Positions 41,926 through 49,527 of a DNA stretch of 64,000 nt are shown here, in pieces (position 1 is the stretch's first letter; each line of letters opens with the position of its first letter). A program made the position numbers and the translations under genes. Source of the DNA: Dehalococcoidia bacterium (lineage in GTDB: Bacteria > Chloroflexota > Dehalococcoidia > Lucifugimonadales > CAZENU01); assembly GCA_965117035.1 (NCBI GenBank), contig OZ220748.1:3519392-3583391 (forward strand), written 5' to 3'. A model generated the notes under the pieces. That model was not told the origin of the DNA, searched no databases, and was given only the letters and a program-made list of their open reading frames with translations.

Positions 41926-43173
41926 TTAGAACAACGACTCGCCCGGTCCGAGGTTGGCCGCGCACACCTCCTCGTCCAGCTCAACGCCGAAGCCCGGCGC
42001 GTCGGTGAGCGCGAGCTGGCCGTCCTCGAACAGCGAGACGCCCTCGCGCCGGACGAAGGAGCCGATCCACGGCGTCTCGATGTGGTGGTACTCGAGCGCG
42101 AGGAAGTTCCTCGTGGCAGCGGCCACGTGCGCCGCCGCGATGGTCGCGAGCGCGCCCCCGCCGCCGTGCAGCGCCAGCGGTATGAAGTGCAGGTCGGCGT
42201 AGTCGGCGATCCGACGCGTCTCGAACACCCCGCCGTCGTACAGGATGTCGGGGTGGATGATGTCGCAGGCGCCGGCGTCGATGTACTGCCGCAGCTCAGG
42301 CGCGATGAACTGCTCGCCGATGCATATCGGTATCGGGCTCTTCGCCCTGATCTGGGCGATCGCCTCCGGGTTGTACAGCGGCGTCGGGTCCTCCAGCCAG
42401 AACGGTTTGAGCGGCGCCAGATCGTTCGCCAGCCTGATCGAGTCGACGACGTTGTACTGCATGTGGCAGTCGACCGCGATCTCGACGTCCCATCCCACCG
42501 TCTCGCGCACCGCGCCGATGCGCTCCACGATGCGGTTCATCTGCCGCGCCGAGATCGACCGGTTCCAGACGTCCTCCGTATGGTCTGGCGCGGCGTAGTC
42601 GATGTCGAACTTCATGTGCGTGAAGCCGTCCTCGACCACCTGCGTGCCCATGCGCTTCCACGAATCGAGGTTCTCCACGTCGACGGGAGAGCTGCGGTCG
42701 AGGTATATGCGGACGGCGTCCCTGAACTTGCCGCCCAGCAGGTTGTAGACCGGGGTCCCGAGAATCTTGCCCGCCAGGTCGCACAGCGCCATCTCGACGC
42801 CCGACATGCCCCACGTCACGGGGCCGGGCTGGATGACGGTCGGAGAGCAGGGGAACATGGGGATCAGTCCCGGCGCGTCCGGCGGCGAGTCCCGCCGGGA
42901 CTGGGGGTGTGGCGGCAGCGTGCCGAACATGACCTCCGACAGCGCCGGGCGGACCGCCAGCGGGTCCTTGCCGACCAGCATCATGCGGATGTAGTCGAGA
43001 GCGTCACGTATGCCCATCGGCGACGCCGTGAAGTACGACGCCTCGCCCAGGCCGTAGACGCCTTCGTCCGTGTCCACGCGGACGACAAGCTCCCGGGCGA
43101 CGCCCTCGCCGCCGCCCACCGTATGCAGCCGGGGCCCCTCCAGGTACAGGCTTCTCACGTCGGTGATCTTCAT
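41926..43173 (-). CDS. Enolase-superfamily enzyme (mandelate racemase/muconate lactonizing family, acid-sugar dehydratase-like)
   Basis: MKITDV... N-terminal capping domain. Metal-ligand segments AVDCH, WLEDP and IGEQ are present. Confidence 0.85.
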   Translation of the reverse strand: MKITDVRSLYLEGPRLHTVGGGEGVARELVVRVDTDEGVYGLGEASYFTASPMGIRDALDYIRMMLVGKDPLAVRPALSEVMFGTLPPHPQSRRDSPPDAPGLIPMFPCSPTVIQPGPVTWGMSGVEMALCDLAGKILGTPVYNLLGGKFRDAVRIYLDRSSPVDVENLDSWKRMGTQVVEDGFTHMKFDIDYAAPDHTEDVWNRSISARQMNRIVERIGAVRETVGWDVEIAVDCHMQYNVVDSIRLANDLAPLKPFWLEDPTPLYNPEAIAQIRAKSPIPICIGEQFIAPELRQYIDAGACDIIHPDILYDGGVFETRRIADYADLHFIPLALHGGGGALATIAAAHVAAATRNFLALEYHHIETPWIGSFVRREGVSLFEDGQLALTDAPGFGVELDEEVCAANLGPGESLF

Positions 43174-43398
43174 GGATGCGCTCCTTGGAAGTTGCCGGCG
43201 AGTAGACTACGCTGCCGACCGCCGCCGCGCAACCGACGGCACCCCACGCGCACGAAGGGCCCGCCCTTGGCTCTGGGCCGGGGTCTCAGAACGCGATGCG
43301 CAGGTTCACGAACGGGGTGCGCTGACAACGCTGAGGGAAGCCGGCTCGGAAAATGCGATGCCCGCGAGCTCGCCAGGTGGAAGAGGGCTGGCTGCTCC

Positions 43399-43713
43399 CT
43401 ATCGGGCTCCAACCAGCTCGTGCGGCCGGATGCTGTCAAGCTCGTCCGCCTCCGCTCGTTGGGCGTTGTAAAGGTCCCATCGGATCTGCAGGTTCATCCA
43501 GAAGCCCGGAGAAGTTCCGAAGAACCTGGCAAGCCTGAGCGCCGTGCTCGGAGTGACCCCGCGGCGCCCGCGGACGATCTCGTTGACGCGCTGGTAGGGA
43601 ACCTGGATGGCGCGGGACAGATCGTATTGGGTCATGCCAAGAGGCAGGAGGAACTCATTCAGCAGCATGTCGCCCGGGTGCGTTGGCTCGCGATCGCTTG
43701 GAATGCGTACCAT
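43399..43713 (-). CDS. higA: HigA-family antitoxin (XRE HTH)
   Basis: HPGDMLLNEFLLPLGMTQYDLSRAIQVPYQRVNEIVRGRRGVTPSTALRLARFFGTSPGFWMNLQ is the classic HigA/VapI pattern. Confidence 0.85.
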   Translation of the reverse strand: MVRIPSDREPTHPGDMLLNEFLLPLGMTQYDLSRAIQVPYQRVNEIVRGRRGVTPSTALRLARFFGTSPGFWMNLQIRWDLYNAQRAEADELDSIRPHELVGAR

Positions 43714-43726
43714 CAGGTGCTCCTCT

Positions 43727-44020
43727 TCAATGATAGTCAGCTATCTCAACCTCAGTCGGGCCGGCATCGGTCCAGACGAAGCAGATGCGATATCTGTCGT
43801 TTACCCGAATACTGTGTTCCCCACTCCGATCTCCGACCAAGCGCTCAAGTCGATTGCCCGGCGGTGCGCGAAGATCGCTCAGGACAGCGGCGGAGTCGAC
43901 TTGGTCCAGTTTTCGCTGAGCCACTCTCCATATCGACGTAGGGCACACCCGTCGTGCCGCCGGTGTGGAACGCCCGTTGAAGACATCCTCGGTGCCACTG
44001 TCCTTGAATGAGACGATCAC
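43727..44020 (-). CDS. higB: HigB-type toxin (RelE/ParE superfamily, plasmid maintenance system killer)
   Basis: 97 aa with a GTG start. FKDSGTEDVFNG...PPGNRLERLVGDRSGEHSIRVNDRYRICFVW is the HigB signature. The toxin gene sits upstream of the antitoxin, the HigBA order. Confidence 0.85.
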   Translation of the reverse strand: MIVSFKDSGTEDVFNGRSTPAARRVCPTSIWRVAQRKLDQVDSAAVLSDLRAPPGNRLERLVGDRSGEHSIRVNDRYRICFVWTDAGPTEVEIADYH

Positions 44021-44023
44021 GTT

Positions 44024-44055
44024 AGCATGATAGCACGGTAGTCATGCTGCGCCAA
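44024..44055 (-). promoter_or_regulatory. higBA promoter with overlapping inverted-repeat operator; probably leaderless
   Basis: The minus strand reads TTGGCG-17 nt-TATCAT, with the -10 ending 6 nt before the GTG start and no SD. The 7-bp inverted repeat AGCATGA-N11-TCATGCT spans the -10 and spacer. Confidence 0.45.
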
Positions 44056-44109
44056 GCAAGCCTGACAGCAACCGATCCCAAATTGAGGCTCCAAGTGGGG
44101 TCGAGGCGC

Positions 44110-45588
44110 CTACCTGAACTGGAAAGAGTAGAGCTTGCAGTTCTTGAAGTAGAACCGCAGCTTGACGGCCCTGCCCGCGAACTCCCCGAGGTCGGCATCG
44201 CCTCCCCACGAGATGACCCGTGACTGGCCCGACTCGGTCACGGGGTCGCAGTCGTCGAAGGTGTAGCCCTCGATCGTCTCGTGGTTTGGCTCGAGCAGCT
44301 CGACCCGTAGCTCCGCGGCCTCGGCCCCCCACTGCTGCAGCGCGGTCGCGACGTTCACGTGGAGCCGCGAGCCGGCGAAGCCGAACGACCGTGTCACCAT
44401 CTCGCTGTAGGGCGCGACTCTCGCCGGGCCCCAGTTGCCGGGCGGGCCCTTGGCGCCGTCGAGCGACACGAAGCCGTCCAGCGGCAGCGTCGCCAGACCC
44501 ACGGCCGCAGTTGCCCTGTCGCCGAGCGCCAGAAGCGTCTCCGGCGATCTCCAGTTGGTGGCCTCGTAGAAGAACAGGATGCGGTCTTCCTGCACGATGG
44601 GCGTGCGCGCGTAGATCGACGTGCAGTCGAACTCCCACCGGGCCCCGCGCTGGATGAACGGCTGGCGGTACTGCCGGTCGTAGTGGATGCCGTCGCGGCT
44701 GAAGACGACCTCCGGATGGTGGGTGGTGTTGGTGGTGCGGAAGATCCACAGCAGGCCTACGTACATGCCCTCGTAGGTCATCGTCGGCATCGAGTAGAAC
44801 TCGGTGTCCGCGGAGTCCAGCTCGTCGGGGACGATGATCGTCTCCGGCTCGCTCCAGTGGACCATGTCGGGGCTCTCGGCGCGGCCGATGAGCCGCTTGC
44901 CCAGCGGAGCGCGCCGGTGGAGGCAGTTCTCCATGTGGACGGCGTACACCTCGCGTATCGGGTCCCAGCCCATGAAGTTCGTGGGCCCCCAGCGGCCCAC
45001 CCGCGGCGAGGTGTCGATGACGGGGTTGCCGTCGTACGGCAACCAGGTGAAGGCGTCGTGCGAGAAGTACAGGTCGAAGACCATCCCGGGTGTGGACGTG
45101 GAGCCCGTGCGGACGAGTCCCTTGTAGCGCTTCGAGGGGTCTTCCTCGTGGGTGTCCTTGAAGAAGTAGGTCGTCTTGTCGGGGCCGTAGGGGAGCATGT
45201 GGGACCGGGGCAGCAGGTTGTTGTCCTTCGACCCCTGGTACTCGACGAGGCCGAGGTTGGGCCGCTCCCAGTGCACACCGTCCTCGGAGACGGCCAGGCA
45301 CGCCACCTCCGCGCTGTCCGCCTCGCCGGTGACGATGATCTCGCCGTCGCCCTGGCGGGCCTCGTTAACGCGGCCGTCGTACCACATCTTGTAGACGCCG
45401 TCGTTGTCGTCGAAGACGATGCGGCGCGGCCGGACGTCGTTGCCCTCCCACGGCCGCTCGGGCTTCAGGACAGGGTTGTTCTCGACCTTTTCGGCCGGGT
45501 TCAACACCTGCCTGGTGTTGGTCATGCTCTCGATGAGGTAGTCGTCGACGAAGAGCTGTTTTCGCGAACCGATTTCTATCAGTGCCAC
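44110..45588 (-). CDS. Predicted glycoside-hydrolase-like beta-propeller protein with C-terminal beta-sandwich
   Basis: 492 aa. N-terminal KQLFVDDYLIE, then NPVLKP..WEG..V, and C-terminal GRAVKLRFYFKNCKLYSFQF. This pattern recurs in uncharacterised GH32/43-clan-like proteins. The assignment is from memory only. Confidence 0.5.
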   Translation of the reverse strand: MALIEIGSRKQLFVDDYLIESMTNTRQVLNPAEKVENNPVLKPERPWEGNDVRPRRIVFDDNDGVYKMWYDGRVNEARQGDGEIIVTGEADSAEVACLAVSEDGVHWERPNLGLVEYQGSKDNNLLPRSHMLPYGPDKTTYFFKDTHEEDPSKRYKGLVRTGSTSTPGMVFDLYFSHDAFTWLPYDGNPVIDTSPRVGRWGPTNFMGWDPIREVYAVHMENCLHRRAPLGKRLIGRAESPDMVHWSEPETIIVPDELDSADTEFYSMPTMTYEGMYVGLLWIFRTTNTTHHPEVVFSRDGIHYDRQYRQPFIQRGARWEFDCTSIYARTPIVQEDRILFFYEATNWRSPETLLALGDRATAAVGLATLPLDGFVSLDGAKGPPGNWGPARVAPYSEMVTRSFGFAGSRLHVNVATALQQWGAEAAELRVELLEPNHETIEGYTFDDCDPVTESGQSRVISWGGDADLGEFAGRAVKLRFYFKNCKLYSFQFR

Positions 45589-45632
45589 GGCGAAGTACCT
45601 CCGGCCTTGGGGACACGGCCTCTTGGGGATTC

Positions 45633-45707
45633 TGGTCGGGGTGGCCGGGATCGAACCGGCGACCTCCTGGTCCCAAACCAGGCGCGCTCCCGCTGCGCCA
45701 CACCCCG
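45633..45707 (-). tRNA. tRNA-Pro (anticodon UGG), CCA encoded
   Basis: Hand-folded cloverleaf: acceptor CGGGGTG/CACCCCG, D stem GCGC/GCGC, anticodon stem CCTGG/CCAGG with loop TTTGGGA, T arm GCCGG-TTCGATC-CCGGC, discriminator A, CCA. Confidence 0.9.
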
Positions 45708-45785
45708 AGCCCGCAACGATGATAAGTGCCCCGCGCCGCGGTTACAATCCCATGCTGAGATGTAGCGTACAGGCGTCGGACAGCC

Positions 45786-46217
45786 TCAGTCGATCTGGAA
45801 GCTGTAGTCGGCGCTACGTACTGTGCATGCGAGGCGGGCGTTCGTCGGGTCGTACTCGACGAGCCAGCGGTTGATGAGGTCCCGGCCCAGCAACGAGGGC
45901 AGGTTCTCTATCCCCACGCGGGGTTCAGCGACAAGCAACTCCACCGCGTAGACCCTCGTTTGGGACTCGTCGTTGAAGAGCAATAGCGAAGGCTCACGAT
46001 AGTATGGTAACGCACCGCCGATCCCAAGAGACTCCGTGGCCCCACCCAACTCTCCGACAGGTATCCTCGCCCGGCGGGTATCACTTGGATGCAGACATGT
46101 CCTGTCTGCTCCGGTGTCCAATAGGAACGCCATCCGCTGATTCACGTCGAGACGCGGGATGATCAGTCGGCATTCGACGTAGGGCCGACCCAGTTCATCG
46201 AACTCACCGAGAATCAC
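45786..46217 (-). CDS. Retropepsin-like (clan AA) aspartic protease domain protein
   Basis: 143 aa. The GTG start overlaps the upstream stop (GTGA). The active-site motif is FLLDTGADRTCL, with a later GRDLI segment, consistent with a homodimeric retropepsin fold. Confidence 0.7.
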   Translation of the reverse strand: MILGEFDELGRPYVECRLIIPRLDVNQRMAFLLDTGADRTCLHPSDTRRARIPVGELGGATESLGIGGALPYYREPSLLLFNDESQTRVYAVELLVAEPRVGIENLPSLLGRDLINRWLVEYDPTNARLACTVRSADYSFQID

Positions 46218-46531
46218 AGGATCAGAAGCGGTGGGGTGGTGTCAAGAAACTCGACGGCGACGTCTCCGCCACATAGCCCCCGGCTCTCGACCTCGTCGAG
46301 CACCTCGTCCATGGAGTCGCCGACGACGATCACTCCGTCCCGGTCCATCGCAATCCACTTGTCAGGGTATCGCTCGGTGAGTGCCGCGCGCTCCGCCCGC
46401 AGGCGGGACACGATTTCGCGGTATTCGCGCATTCCCGCTGCCAGTTCCCTGACGCCGCCCAACTCTTCAATGACGGTCCGCACGTAGGCTTCGTCATTCA
46501 GATTGGACTTGCCGGTCACTGTGTAGGGCAT
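46214..46531 (-). CDS. Small hypothetical partner protein of the retropepsin-like gene
   Basis: 105 aa from ATG 46531 (MPYTVTGK...). The segment YPDKWIAMDRDGVIVVGDSMDEVLDEVESRG is reminiscent of DUF5678-type small proteins (from memory, unverified). Confidence 0.5.
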   Translation of the reverse strand: MPYTVTGKSNLNDEAYVRTVIEELGGVRELAAGMREYREIVSRLRAERAALTERYPDKWIAMDRDGVIVVGDSMDEVLDEVESRGLCGGDVAVEFLDTTPPLLIL

Positions 46532-46673
46532 TCGATTCCCTTGCTGCCGTCCCACGGGTACCAATTCGGCATCCAGATTGTGGTGGTTGGTCCGCAGGCT
46601 TCTGAGTGTCGCCGCAGTGCGGCGACCATGAAGCAAATATACCAGATCACAAAGCCCCAACCGCCCGCCGCCG

Positions 46674-47210
46674 CTAGGCGGCTGCCGCGGCGTAGTCGGA
46701 GAGGAATTGCCGGAGCAGCACGCGGGCGCGGTGGAGGCGCGACTTCAGCGCGGCCACCGACAGATCGAGCACCTCGGCGGCCTCGGCGTTCGACAGGCCC
46801 TGCACGTCGCGCAGCACGACGGCGGCCCGCAGATCGGGATCGAGACGGTCGAGCCCCTGCCTGAGCTTGTCCTGCAGCTCCGAGTTCTGGGCCGCGCGTT
46901 CGGGCGTCTGGCTCCAGTCCGGGACCTCGAGGTCGTCGATACCGGTGTGCGTGAGCGAGCGCGACAGCTTCGTCTTGCGCAGCCGCATCAGCGCGGCGTT
47001 GGTGGCGATGCGATAGAGCCACGTCGTCACACGGGACTCGCCCCGGAAGCGGCCGAGGGCCCGGTAGGCGGAAAGGAAGGCGTCCTGGGCGACGTCCTCC
47101 GCGTCCTCGTGATTGCCCATCATCCGGTACGCGACGTTGTACACAAAGTCGGAGTGCTCCTCGACCAGTTGCTCGAAGTCGAGCCCGTCTTTCGCATCGT
47201 CGTCTGCCAT
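46674..47210 (-). CDS. ECF-type RNA polymerase sigma-70 factor
   Basis: Region 2 is [39 protein letters not shown]. Region 4 is [32 protein letters not shown]. Confidence 0.9.
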   Translation of the reverse strand: MADDDAKDGLDFEQLVEEHSDFVYNVAYRMMGNHEDAEDVAQDAFLSAYRALGRFRGESRVTTWLYRIATNAALMRLRKTKLSRSLTHTGIDDLEVPDWSQTPERAAQNSELQDKLRQGLDRLDPDLRAAVVLRDVQGLSNAEAAEVLDLSVAALKSRLHRARVLLRQFLSDYAAAAA

Positions 47211-47398
47211 GCCACTATCGCGCGTGATCGGCCCGGCGCCTCCGCCGTTTCATGAGAATCGTTGCAGGAAATGTTGCATCATATTGATGTTGACCCTATT
47301 GTAGAGGTTAGGCGTCCGAAAACAAAAGTCGCCGACCGTCGCCGGGCGGGACGAGGGCACGCCTCGTGTCCAGCGCCGGCGTGAAATCGTGGAGCCAT

Positions 47399-47671
47399 AT
47401 GCTGTCGCGGATAGCCAGCTTGTTCCGGAGAAACGCCGAGGTCGGGTGCGCCGACGCCCGCGATCTGGCTTCCGACTACCTCGACGACGAAGTGGAACCG
47501 GCGCTCGGGGGCCGGATTCGCGCCCATCTGCAGAAGTGCGGCCCGTGCCTCTCTTTCTTCAACACCCTGCGGGCGACCGTCGGGCTGCTCACGAACATGG
47601 AGGCCCGCAAGGCGCCTCCGGAATTCGCCGACCGCGTGAAGGCCAGGCTCCGCGACGCCGAAGCGGACTGA
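47399..47671 (+). CDS. Soluble zinc-binding anti-sigma factor (ZAS, HxxxCxxC)
   Basis: AHLQKCGPC is the ZAS motif, with an additional upstream Cys (EVGCAD). No TM segment. ATG 47399 follows GGAG; the alternative start is GTG 47366. Confidence 0.65.
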   Translation: MLSRIASLFRRNAEVGCADARDLASDYLDDEVEPALGGRIRAHLQKCGPCLSFFNTLRATVGLLTNMEARKAPPEFADRVKARLRDAEAD

Positions 47672-47711
47672 CCGCGCGCGGCATCCGCGATCCGAGTCCC
47701 CGACGCTCCCC

Positions 47712-48173
47712 CTACGCGCCCTCTTCGGCGGCGTACTTGGACGGGCACTTCACGATCACGTTGTGGCTCTGGAAGACGCCGTCCGGCGTGTAGCTGCCCT
47801 CAAGGATGATCTCCGAGTGCTCGTTGAAGAACAGCTCGGGGAGAACGCCGTCGTGGGTCGCCGAGACGGCCGTCGCGCCGTCCGTGAGGGCGAAGCGCGC
47901 CAGCGTCGAGTTGGCGTCGCGGCTGAAGGAGCCATCGACCAGGTTGCCGCTAACGCGGACGGTCTCGCCCGCCGCCGTCGGCCCGCGGTCGTGGAGCTCG
48001 CCGACGGTGTAGTAGTAGACCGTGGCGCTCTGGAAGGCCATGAAGGCGAAGTAGCCCATCGCGGCCAGGACCACCACGGCGCCGACGGTCAGCTTGACCC
48101 GGCCGGAGAACCAGCCTCCGCTTTCCCGGTCGTCGACCGGCCCTACGGCCATCGTTTCAGTCGCGTTCGCCAT
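47712..48173 (-). CDS. ccmE: Cytochrome c maturation heme chaperone CcmE, CxxxY variant
   Basis: N-terminal TM anchor, OB-fold body (VRVSGNLVDGS...LPELFFNEHSEIILEG), and the C-terminal VIVKCPSKY where the canonical protein has HxxxY. Confidence 0.85.
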   Translation of the reverse strand: MANATETMAVGPVDDRESGGWFSGRVKLTVGAVVVLAAMGYFAFMAFQSATVYYYTVGELHDRGPTAAGETVRVSGNLVDGSFSRDANSTLARFALTDGATAVSATHDGVLPELFFNEHSEIILEGSYTPDGVFQSHNVIVKCPSKYAAEEGA

Positions 48174-48174
48174 G

Positions 48175-48762
48175 TCAGTCGGTGTCGCCGTTCCTGCCGA
48201 TCGCGGCCCTGAGCGCCTCTATCTCCTCCCGCATCGCCCGCTGCCGCCTCGACATCATGAACACGTAGACGAAGAACGCCGCCCACGTGACCGTGTACAC
48301 CGCGAACAGGTAGTCGAGGTTCGGACCCGGGTCCGCGTCGACGATGGTCACGGTCGCGCTCTCGCCGCCCGAGCGTATTATAGCGTCCCGCGCGTCCGAC
48401 AGCCTGACGCTGAAGGTCTCCGTCGGCTCGTCGGCCGTATCGTCGACGATCACCAGCACTATCGCGGTCGAGGTGGCCCCGGCCGGGATGGTGGCGACCC
48501 CGCTCGCGCCCGTGTAGTCGCCGGGCGCCGTCGCCGTGCCGTCCTCGGTCGCGTAGCGCACGCTGACCTCGCGGTCTGAGGCCCTGTCGAGCGATACGAC
48601 GAGCCTGGCCTCGCGCGCCTTCTCCCGCACCGAAGCGCTGCCGATGGAGACCTGGGGCCCGTCGTTCTCCTGGGCGAACGCGATGCCGGCCAGTGCGAGC
48701 GCCGACAGTGCTATCGACCCCGCCACGGCCGCTGCCACGCGCAGGGCGGCGCTAGCCGACAT
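48175..48762 (-). CDS. ccmD: Signal peptide + Calx-beta domain fused to a CcmD-like heme-exporter TM segment
   Basis: The N-terminal signal is AGSIALSALALAGIAFA. The Calx-beta pattern is VSVRYATEDGTATAPGDYTGASGVATIPAGATSTAIVLVIVDDTADEPTETFSVRLS...ATVTIVDAD. The C-terminal YLFAVYTVTWAAFFVYVFMMSRRQRAMREEIEAL resembles CcmD. The gene sits between ccmC and ccmE. Confidence 0.65.
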   Translation of the reverse strand: MSASAALRVAAAVAGSIALSALALAGIAFAQENDGPQVSIGSASVREKAREARLVVSLDRASDREVSVRYATEDGTATAPGDYTGASGVATIPAGATSTAIVLVIVDDTADEPTETFSVRLSDARDAIIRSGGESATVTIVDADPGPNLDYLFAVYTVTWAAFFVYVFMMSRRQRAMREEIEALRAAIGRNGDTD

Positions 48763-49468
48763 GTCGGTACAGCCCGTCTATGTCCCTCTCCGCCTGCCTG
48801 AGGCGGTACCTGTCGACCAGCAGGTAGGCGAAGAGCAGGGCGAAGGCCACGATGGAGAGCAGAACGACCACGGCCATGTCGCCGTCGAGGTCCATGTTGA
48901 GCACGATGGTGTCCGGGTGGGCCCTGCGGTCTGAGACCTTGGTGGAGACCCAGTTCATTCCGGCGGCGACGACGCCGATGACGGCGACGACGGCCCTGAA
49001 CCGGTTGCCCTGGGACCCCTTCGGGCCGTAGTTGTCCAGCATCAGGTAAGCCGCCAGGATGAACCAGACGATCAGCGTCAGCGTCAGCTTCAACTCCCAC
49101 GTCCACCAGACACCCTGCACCGGCTTGATCCAGAGCACGCCGGTGACCAGGCTGAGCGTCGCGAAGAGCAGGCCCACCTCGGCCGAGGCGTAGGCCAGGC
49201 TGTCCCACCGCTGCCTGTTCTTCTTGACCACCAGGTAGGCGATGCTGGCTCCGGCCGGGATGACGATGGAGCTGAGCCCCAGCATCGAAATGGGCACGTG
49301 GAAGTAGAAGATGCGCTGCGAGAGGCCGAGGTTGACCTCCGTAGGCACCCACATGAAGACGAGATAGAGCGTGAGACCCATGAGTGCGGCGGCCAGGACG
49401 AGAGTGCCGTCCATGACGATGCCGCGGCCGAACGGCCGAGGCGGTCCCGATGTCTCAGTCAGCGCCAT
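48752..49468 (-). CDS. ccmC: Heme exporter protein CcmC
   Basis: Six TM helices. FYFHVP (conserved His) and the Trp-rich loop IKPVQGVWWTWELKLT are present. It overlaps the downstream gene by 11 nt. Confidence 0.85.
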   Translation of the reverse strand: MALTETSGPPRPFGRGIVMDGTLVLAAALMGLTLYLVFMWVPTEVNLGLSQRIFYFHVPISMLGLSSIVIPAGASIAYLVVKKNRQRWDSLAYASAEVGLLFATLSLVTGVLWIKPVQGVWWTWELKLTLTLIVWFILAAYLMLDNYGPKGSQGNRFRAVVAVIGVVAAGMNWVSTKVSDRRAHPDTIVLNMDLDGDMAVVVLLSIVAFALLFAYLLVDRYRLRQAERDIDGLYRHVG

Positions 49469-49527
49469 CTGTGCAATATATCACAATCGATTTCGGGACG
49501 TGCCCGGTTGCAGTTGGCCGCTCCGGG

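Noticed and set aside
43174-47700. Prophage or integrative element at tRNA-Pro
   Set aside because: There are no integrase, excisionase, capsid or terminase genes, and no detectable att repeat. Only the composition and the TA-type genes hint at accessory origin, which is reported as a low-interest finding.
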